Assembly (NCBI RefSeq): GCF_006345805.1
Contig: NW_021829070.1
Span: forward strand, 1 to 6,823
Length of the DNA stretch: 6,823 bases
Reading direction: 5' to 3'
DNA from: Octopus sinensis
Taxonomy: Eukaryota
Shown here: positions 1 through 6,608 of the stretch, piece by piece
How positions within the stretch are numbered: position 1 is the first letter of the stretch
Layout: each line of letters opens with the position of its first letter
Translations under genes and position numbers: made by a program
Notes under the pieces: model-generated
Told to the model about the DNA's origin: nothing
Databases searched by the model: none
Seen by the model: only the letters and a program-made list of their open reading frames with translations

Positions 1-332
1 GGGTTTCACTTGCACAAGATCTTGATTGTGTCGAGAACGATGATAACTCTTTGAAAACATCGCGTAGGCCTCTGAACAGGTATCGCCAAGCTTTTGGTAA
101 AATTTGATGCAGATTCTCTGCTCAGCCTTCTCTGTCATGATCGACTCGGCTATCACACGCTGCATGTCTTTCTTCCAAGCACTGCTATAAACAGCGGAAG
201 TGAGCTACAGCACTAATACTTAGTAAGCATGCACAGCAAAGTTCAAGGTCAATATGTGCCGGGCGACTTCTCTCTGCGTGCATTAACTTCGTTACAATGA
301 CAACAGTTCTGATACTTATTGATCATACCACG
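1..332 (-). mobile_element. Tc1/mariner (mariner-type) DNA transposon remnant, 5' end; runs off the window
   Basis: The minus strand from ATG at 138 reads MTEKAEQRICIKFYQKLGDTCSEAYAM, matching the mariner transposase N-terminal HTH pattern (EQRxxIKFxxKLG). About 190 bp upstream, the minus strand reads CGTGGTATGATCAATAAGTATC (332 downward), resembling a mariner terminal inverted repeat. The expected TA target reads TG here, and the partner TIR is not in the window. Confidence 0.75.
58..138 (-). pseudogene. Mariner transposase N-terminal HTH fragment (27 codons)
   Basis: Manual translation gives MTEKAEQRICIKFYQKLGDTCSEAYAM. The frame stays open to base 1 (FSKSYHRSRHNQDLVQVKP) but no longer resembles a transposase. 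Confidence 0.7.
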
Positions 333-1050
333 CACATCTTGTTCCATGTGCGAATGACCCATACCTTTCTTTAATTTCTGAAGAGAAAATGCTTACAAGG
401 TACATCCACAGTAATTCCTTACACCAATAAATGCAAACGCATTTTACATATTACATAGGGATTTTCTTTCGACAAGTCAGGTAACGGATACTCTTCCCTG
501 AGGAGGTAAAACAACACCAAAACTTATCAATTGTTGAATTAACAGCAGTAATTCCTGGAAAATGAAAATACACACACACAAAATAATATTATTCATTGTC
601 TGATATTATTTTATTTGTTGCTTCTACTCCAACGTTTTCGTATATAAAACGTTTCCAGTTATTAATAATGCCTCACGCATTAGATAATTTAACACTATCT
701 CACATACATACAAACAATGCTATCTCGGTATGTATCTGTCTAATAATTACTTAACATCCAACAAAACATCATACACGGAAGCGATTAAACAGTTGCAACA
801 GTAAAAACCACAAAATGATTATCTCATTGTCATTACAAACGCTTTAAGTTAACATCTTTTGTGAAGTCGATTTGGAGTTTTATCGAAATATCATGGCCGA
901 CAGTCGGCAATTTCTCTTTGTTCGCTAATAACTCGCCATTAATATTCGCTTTGGTTGACATTAGAAAAACCGTCTCCCACCGTTTCTCTGATCACAGAGA
1001 ATTATAAATGCTTGGTTCTTGCTGAGAGTACACAAACATCCACAAACATC

Positions 1051-1058
1051 CACACACA

Positions 1059-1099
<41 letters not shown>
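1051..1099. repeat. (CA)n microsatellite
   Basis: Directly visible, with one interruption at 1060. Confidence 0.97.
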
Positions 1100-1100
<1 letters not shown>

Positions 1101-1279
1101 ACACAAATATCCACAAAAACACACAGGCAGGAACTAAGAAAAATAGACACACATACAAACACTTACAAACGCACACATATTTGCATACATTTATATCTTC
1201 ATACATACATACTCTCGCATATTCCGACACAGATAAATAGAAAGAAAAATAGATATTTGGATATGGATGTGTGTGTATG

Positions 1280-1283
<4 letters not shown>

Positions 1284-1320
<37 letters not shown>

Positions 1321-1392
1321 TATATATAATTTTTTACACACACACACATATATATACACTCACAAATGCACATATGTGTTAGGTACATGTAT

Positions 1393-1421
<29 letters not shown>
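1284..1421. repeat. (TA)n tracts (about 1284-1328 and 1396-1421) with short (CA)n between
   Basis: Directly visible low-complexity runs. Confidence 0.93.
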
Positions 1422-1425
<4 letters not shown>

Positions 1426-1501
1426 AACACTCGCATATATCTACATATGTATACACGTATATATGTAGCGAGAGAGCAAGAGGGACGGTCATAGGGACGA
1501 T

Positions 1502-1540
1502 GTGTACGTGTATACGCGTGTGTGTGTGTGTGTGTTTGTG
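1502..1540. repeat. Degenerate (GT)n tract
   Basis: Directly visible. Confidence 0.85.
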
Positions 1541-1699
1541 TAACTCTGTGCGCCTGTGTATGCGCGGCAATGCATGCGCACATGGGTGTGTGCAAGCCTG
1601 TGTGCAAAAGGCGTTTCTACAGAACTTCAATCCTCTGTAAACCATATTGAATTTGGAGTAGCTTATACATTCTTGCTGTTAGAAAATCTAACATCAGGT

Positions 1700-1825
1700 G
1701 CAGGGGTGGCTGTGTGGTAAGTAGCTTGCTTACCAACCACATGGTTCCGGGTTCAGTCCCACTGCGTGGCACCTTGGGAAAGTGTCTTCTACAATAGCCT
1801 CGGGCTGACCAAAGCCCGTCGTATG

Positions 1826-1905
<80 letters not shown>

Positions 1906-1973
1906 TGTGTGTGTGTTTGTGTGTCTGTGTTTGTACCCCAACATCGCTTGACAACCGATGCTGGTGTGTTTAC
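1700..1973 (+). mobile_element. tRNA-derived SINE, family A, copy 1 (internal deletion, 3'-truncated)
   Basis: Pol III A-box-like TGGCTGTGTGG (1707-1717), B-box-like GGTTCAGTCC (1750-1759) and a central CCTTGGGAAAGTGTCTT motif. It aligns over about 120 bp with the copy at 6609 onward and has an internal (TA)n(GT)n tract. Resembles abundant octopus tRNA-SINEs (from memory). Confidence 0.88.
1822..1930. repeat. Compound (TA)n(GT)n microsatellite inside SINE A copy 1
   Basis: Directly visible; a shorter tract occurs at the same position in the copy at 6767-6813. Confidence 0.95.
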
Positions 1974-2126
1974 AGGTACTACGCATTTATTGCCAGCTGA
2001 GTGGACTGGAGCAACGTGAAATAAAGTGTCTTGCTCAAGGATACAACACGCCGCCGCCGGGAATTGAACTCACGACCTTACGATCATGAACTGAATGCCC
2101 TTAACCACTAAGCCACGCGCCTTCAC
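1971..2126 (-). mobile_element. tRNA-derived SINE, family B (3'-truncated)
   Basis: On the minus strand: A box TGGCTTAGTGG (2115-2105), B box AGTTCAATTCC (2070-2060), then a central CCTTGAGCAAGACACTTT...CTCCAGTCCACTCAGCTGG domain like the conserved CCTTGGGCAAG cores of CORE/V/Meta-type SINE superfamilies. Confidence 0.85.
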
Positions 2127-2696
2127 TAACTGCTACCAGGTAGGTAGCAGCGGGTTAAACATCAAATATATCATCTACAAACCAAAACGAAAATGCTTCA
2201 CTCAAAGCAGACCCTCAGCCTCACCCTACCATATTCCCCAAGTCCATGGAGAGTTATACAGCAAACCCCAAAGTGCCGCCCCATAAAATTGTCGCTTAAG
2301 GGTACGAACTTAACGAAAGGGCTGAATTAAAATTCGAACCGTTGTCCTCCCGTTTGGATCATACCAATACCACATCCGCGCAGTAGTCGTTGAGACAAAA
2401 CTGAGAGCAAAAAAATCAATACTGCGTACTTCATGCCAAAAATATGTGGAAATCTCAGGTCACGGTTTAATCACTTGGTCAAAATCAATGAAACTAGATA
2501 TGTTACCGATTGATTCTATTTATCGATCAATGACACACTATTTGTCTGGCCTATATTCAGATGATACCTGACAAGAGACGGGTGAGTGGATAGTTCAATT
2601 TGCGACTGGGTGGGTATACGGGTAGATTGAACTTAGTTTTGGCGTCTGAAATACAGACGGACGTACACATATGTATATAGTATTCAGACGAAATGC

Positions 2697-2764
<68 letters not shown>

Positions 2765-2783
2765 GATAGAAACACTAATAGGC

Positions 2784-2841
<58 letters not shown>

Positions 2842-3050
2842 CAGACAGATAGATAGATAGAGAGAGAGAGGCAGATAAACAGATAGGCAGATAGATAGAG
2901 AGAGAGACAGATAGACAGACAATAGGTAGATAGATAGATAGAGAGAGAGATAGATAATAGACAGACACACAGACAGACAGACAGATAGGCAGACAGACAG
3001 ATAGATAGACAGATAGACTGACAGACACATAGACAGACAGATATATAGAT
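2697..3050. repeat. Compound (GATA)n/(GACA)n/(GA)n satellite-like array
   Basis: 17 perfect AGAT units at 2697-2764, then degenerate GATA/GACA/GA blocks up to the LINE 3' end. Confidence 0.97.
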
Positions 3051-3057
3051 ATGTTTC

Positions 3058-3063
3058 TTTATT
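3058..3063 (-). promoter_or_regulatory. Polyadenylation signal AATAAA at the LINE 3' end
   Basis: The minus strand reads GGCTAATAAAGAAACATATCTATATATCTG; the signal lies a few bases before the microsatellite and there is no poly(A) tail. Confidence 0.6.
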
Positions 3064-3384
3064 AGCCACATAGGGCTGTACACAGACAGGACAGATTACA
3101 AGGTAGAGCTTTTCTTTGGGGGGTAAAAAAAAGGGGGTTTGGTTTTCGATCAAAAGGGATCGTAAAAGGAAATAAAGAGGACAAAAAAGGGGGGATATTG
3201 ATCAATTAGGGATCGTTATCACAGAAATGTCAATATGAAGTGTAAAGGGGGGGACAAGTGAGGTTTACCCGTGGAAAGAAAAGCCTTCAGAAAAGACCAC
3301 GGTAACCTCGGTCAATGAAGTCACATGTTATATATTTCTTTTTTTTTTTGCAAATAAGCAACTCTTTGTATTAATTTTTACGGT

Positions 3385-5187
3385 TCATAGAATCATAGTC
3401 AAGGTGGCTTCGTCATTCATACGTGCCATCCTTGCTACATTCACCCATCTCTTTTAAACATTCACTAGACAAAACTTGCCTCTCTACTCTCACTTTCCTC
3501 TTCAAGTGATACTGAAGAAGTTGATGAGAGATTGACCAGAGAGGAAGTGTTTGTCTCTAATCTTTCAGGCGCGTCCACCAGATACATTCTTTCGCCATAG
3601 CCACAGTATGATAAAAATAGCTCTTCCTTCCCGTTTGAAGGAAGGAGGCGTGACGATATTAACGATAGACTTGGCTGATAAACCGACACGTCCCACACGT
3701 GACAGCAGTCGTTCGACATAAGCCCACAGGTCGGAGATTGTTGGACACTGCACGATTGCGTGCAGAGCAGTTTCGTCGCTCTGCCCGCATCTCTGGCAGG
3801 TCGGCCCCGTGTTTCTCGAGCCATGCCTATAGAGCTTATCCCGAACGGGTAGCGTTTCTCGGTAGCACCGCCAGGCCAGGGATCTCTAGAAGTTGTCCAT
3901 AGGTCCCGGCCCGAAAGTCGTTTCAAACAGGCGGGTCAGGTATTCCTCATCGACGCCCAGGTTTGCCCCAAGATCGTCGTCGTACCTCCCCTCCACTAAT
4001 CCCCTATAGAATGTTTTGGTTGTGTTGAAGTCACTCAAGGTCGACCCGGGACGGCAGAGTTGCTTGAGAGCAACGCGACACTCGCGGTGCCATTCGCCCT
4101 TCCTCGGCCTCTTTTTGATCCACGACTGCAGTTCGGTCATGGAGACGAGCAGCGGGAACGCGTGCCTCACAAACGGCGACCACACCTGTTCACCGTTGTC
4201 TACATAGAGCCGGAGATGTCGCAGTCTCAGCGCGTGTCTGCGCATCATCAACCATGGCATGCCCAGCCCTCCTTTTAACGAGTGTTGACAGAAAATGGAT
4301 CGCCTGACCATCGGGACGCATCCTTTCCTCTGTCTATGATGTAGCGCATCAGATGGAGGTTGTCATGGATGCTCCGGCCCGGCACGGAGCACGTTTGTGC
4401 GTTGTCGACCAGTTTCTCGACGACAAGCGCCAACCTCTTGGCTAACACCTTTGTTAAAATTTTCAGGTCTGCATTGAGCAGAGTGATTGGTCTAAAGTTA
4501 TCTATAATGTTCCCCTTGTTAGGATCTTTCTTCAGCAGAGTTACAGCTCCTCGACTCACAAAATCAGGTATGCTCCCGTGTTGCTACCAGTTGCAGTATA
4601 CTGCTGCCAAGACGTCTCCAAACAGGTCTGGCATACTCGTAGGGCAGACCATCCAAACCCGGCGATTTGTCTCTCCAGCATTCTTCCATCGCGTCCCGCA
4701 CATCCGCCGCCGTGATGGCACCTTCGCAGCACTCTGCCTCTCTTGCCGAGAGTCGTGGTAGGCTGTGCAGGTAGGCACTGAAGTCCACCCTGCGTTCACA
4801 CTCGCCACTCGTCCCGTACAGTCGGGCAAAGTGCCGCTGAAATATCTCGCACATCTTGCTGGGCTCGAGCAATTCGCGCCCTTGTTCATCTACCAGAGAC
4901 CGAATGGTGGCTTTGTTGCCCTGCTGCGCCTCCGTCACCTGGGCCTCCCTCGCGGCTCCAACACCTTCCATCCTTAGAGCACGCATCCTAGCCCTTACAG
5001 CACAATCTTCGTGTTTGGCGTTGAAGTGTTGGTCAAGGGCCAACCTCGCCGCTAAAACGTCGGATGTGATGCCGCTTCTTATTGCCTCTTCTAACTTCTT
5101 AGCTAACTCACCCTCTACTCTATTTCTATCTACGGCTAGTGCCTTGCTATATCTAATTGCTTCCGCTTTTACTGCTCTCTTGAGGGC
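3385..5187 (-). pseudogene. Disrupted Tx1-like ORF2 (linker, RT N-terminal part, thumb and CCHC region)
   Basis: Assembled from ORF track frames 4564-5292, 4584-4889, 4275-4559, 3886-4311 and 3565-3753. Lesions: frameshift near 4636, TAG stops at 4586-4584 and 3888-3886, loss of the RT core at 4321-4328, and further frameshifts around 3600-3500. Probable native stop is TGA at 3387-3385. The knuckle reads CQRCGQSDETALHAIVQC (C-X2-C-X8-H-X4-C). Confidence 0.9.
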
Positions 5188-5200
5188 GAGATAGATAGAT

Positions 5201-5265
5201 TCATACATACGTACATACATGCATACATATATGCATACATACATACATACATACATACATACATA
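5201..5265. repeat. (CATA)n microsatellite
   Basis: Directly visible, slightly degenerate. Confidence 0.93.
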
Positions 5266-5380
5266 CACAGATACACATGCGCACGCACACACAAGATAGA
5301 AATCTGTTCAGTGCCAAAATAAACTTATTTATCTTTACATCCTAATAGACTGAGTGTTCAACATAGACAAAGGTAGCAGC

Positions 5381-5406
5381 GTGCGTTTGTGCGTGTGTGT
5401 GAGTGA

Positions 5407-5444
<38 letters not shown>
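5381..5444. repeat. (GT)n microsatellite
   Basis: Directly visible. Confidence 0.93.
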
Positions 5445-5445
<1 letters not shown>

Positions 5446-5589
5446 GTGGTTAGCATAACCGCTTAATTGTCGTATGTCTTCATTCTGTGTGTGTCTGTGT
5501 ATCACGCTATTTGTTTTTGGAGTTCTGTTCTAAATATAAACACAATTAAAAATTCACGATAGTAGGATAGTGGCTACCTACCCTATATA

Positions 5590-5626
5590 CTCTTTTCTCT
5601 TTTTACTCTTCTTACTTGTTTCAGTC
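5590..5626 (-). mobile_element. Probable 3' tail fragment of a family-A-type SINE
   Basis: The minus strand reads GACTGAAACAAGTAAGAAGAGTAAAAAGAGAAAAGAG, which resembles the GACTGAAACAAGTAAAAGAG repeat-like 3' tail I recall for this SINE family. It cannot be confirmed inside the window because both other copies lack their 3' end. Confidence 0.5.
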
Positions 5627-5643
5627 GTGGATCTTACTTGATC

Positions 5644-5827
5644 CAGTCGTGGATCAAAAAGAGGCCAAGGAGGGCAAATGGCACCATGAGTGTTGCGTTG
5701 CTCTCAAGCAACTCTGCCGTCCCGGGTCGACCTTGAGTGACTTCAACACAACCAAAACATTCTATAGGGGATTAGTGGAGGGGAGGTACGACGACGATCT
5801 TGGGGCAAACCTGGGCGTCGATGAGGA
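5644..5827 (+). mobile_element. Inverted partial copy of the LINE (matches 4128-3944)
   Basis: Manual alignment: 184 bp against 185 bp, with 5 substitutions and one 1-bp deletion; 5695-5827 is identical. Confidence 0.97.
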
Positions 5828-5861
5828 CGAGATAGATAGATTCATACATACGTACATACAT
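5828..5861 (+). repeat. Direct 34-bp copy of the LINE 5'-junction flank (5187-5220)
   Basis: CGAGATAGATAGATTCATACATACGTACATACAT is identical at both sites, including the non-repetitive interruptions TTC and CGT. Confidence 0.92.
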
Positions 5862-5887
5862 ACATACATACATACATACATACATAC
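5843..5887. repeat. (CATA)n microsatellite
   Basis: Directly visible. Confidence 0.93.
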
Positions 5888-6244
5888 AAACACACACAGA
5901 GACACTGACACAATCTCACACAAATCCATGTAATTTTGTCGCAAAAAAGTGCTCAATATCATAGTAGAAATTAATGTATCTTATTTTGATCATTTCAGTC
6001 TCGTGCTACCCTAAGTTTCAACGGTAAGAGGGCAGCATCTTTAGGCAAGTTATGTTTGAAAATTGATAGAATTTGCACATCTTTATATAATTTTCTTGTC
6101 ATAGGACGTGGTGTGGTGGTGGAAAGAAAATGTAATGAAGGGGAAAGGGGCAAAGACGAGATAAAAGCAAAAAAAAGGGATAGAAAGTAAAAAGAAGAAA
6201 ACGAATATATCTATACACATAATATATATATATATATATAATAA

Positions 6245-6494
6245 ATATTAGGGAATAAATCCAAACTTACAGGGAAAAATCAGATTTAGGATTGAATCCA
6301 ATTTTATAGTAAAATATTATATTTTATTAAATTAGAGACAAAGCCACTATTAGGCAAATCATACAATGAAAAACTTAAGCCAATACATAAGATTATTTCA
6401 TTTATATTATTTAAATATATAACAAAAATATTTAAAAAATATAATTAATTATATTTTTTTGCCTAATAGTGGTTTTGTCTCTAATTTTAATATA

Positions 6495-6500
<6 letters not shown>
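6245..6500. repeat. Unclassified AT-rich element with 30-bp inverted arms, flanked by (TA)n
   Basis: 6329-6358 AAATTAGAGACAAAGCCACTATTAGGCAAA matches the reverse complement of 6458-6487 at 29/30. (TA)n runs lie at about 6221-6241 and 6491-6535. The left boundary is approximate. Confidence 0.7.
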
Positions 6501-6529
<29 letters not shown>

Positions 6530-6608
6530 ATATCACCATATATATAATATATATCCATATAAATGCGTGTTTATATAATAATATTCAGTATATATGTATA
6601 TGTATATA

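Larger units (their letters stand above)
3051..5187 (-). mobile_element. Non-LTR retrotransposon of the L1/Tx1 clade, 5'-truncated and internally deleted
   Basis: Minus-strand ORF2 motifs KSPGLDGLPYE, NFRPITLLNADLKILTKVLAKRL, AQTCSVPGRSIHDNLHL, KGGLGMP and a C-terminal CCHC knuckle (3745-3798). These are followed by a ~330 bp 3' UTR ending in AATAAA (3063-3058). It is GC/CpG-rich against AT-rich flanks. No ORF1 or endonuclease domain is present. Confidence 0.93.

Noticed and set aside
365-554. Possible minus-strand exon with acceptor TTTTCATTTTCCAG (568-555) and donor AAG/GTATGG (365/364)
   Set aside because: All three frames of the 190-nt interval contain stops and no homology is recognisable. 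A non-coding or terminal exon cannot be excluded without RNA data.
833-961. 42-codon minus-strand ORF MSTKANINGELLANKEKLPTVGHDISIKLQIDFTKDVNLKRL
   Set aside because: It is short, has no recognisable motif and is within chance expectation.
896-1001. Short hairpins GCCGAC-A-GTCGGC (896-908) and TTCTCTG-ATCA-CAGAGAA (984-1001)
   Set aside because: Stems of 6-7 bp are expected by chance in 6.8 kb.
955-1986. ORFs rich in HT, YI, CV repeats (for example 955-1137, 1019-1240, 1060-1359, 1730-1954, 1766-1951)
   Set aside because: They are translations of (CA)n/(TA)n/(GT)n microsatellites and SINE DNA, with no protein signal.
1700-2126. tRNA genes suggested by A/B boxes
   Set aside because: The boxes continue into SINE bodies and no complete cloverleaf with an acceptor stem is evident.
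2557-3153. Long SIYL/SVCL-repeat ORFs (198, 114 and 102 aa)
   Set aside because: These are stop-free readings of the (TATC)n/(TGTC)n strand.
3699-5194. Plus-strand ORFs over the LINE (3699-3902, 4016-4207, 4060-4278, 4360-4761, 4765-4977, 4856-5194)
   Set aside because: They are antisense shadows of the GC-rich ORF2 pseudogene.
5611-5654. CRISPR-like repeat
   Set aside because: There are only two adjacent units with no spacer, in a eukaryotic repeat context.
5644-5861. Twin-priming explanation for the inverted LINE piece
   Set aside because: The inverted piece duplicates sequence already in the main copy and is separated from it by about 450 bp of other DNA. The flank end (…TCTCG) is also not complementary to the RNA just past the junction (AUACC), so internal priming is unsupported.
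5616-5933. 105-aa ORF as a new chimeric gene
   Set aside because: It is the inverted LINE fragment read into (CATA)n; it opens at a non-ATG codon (GTT, 5618-5620 region) and has no expression evidence.
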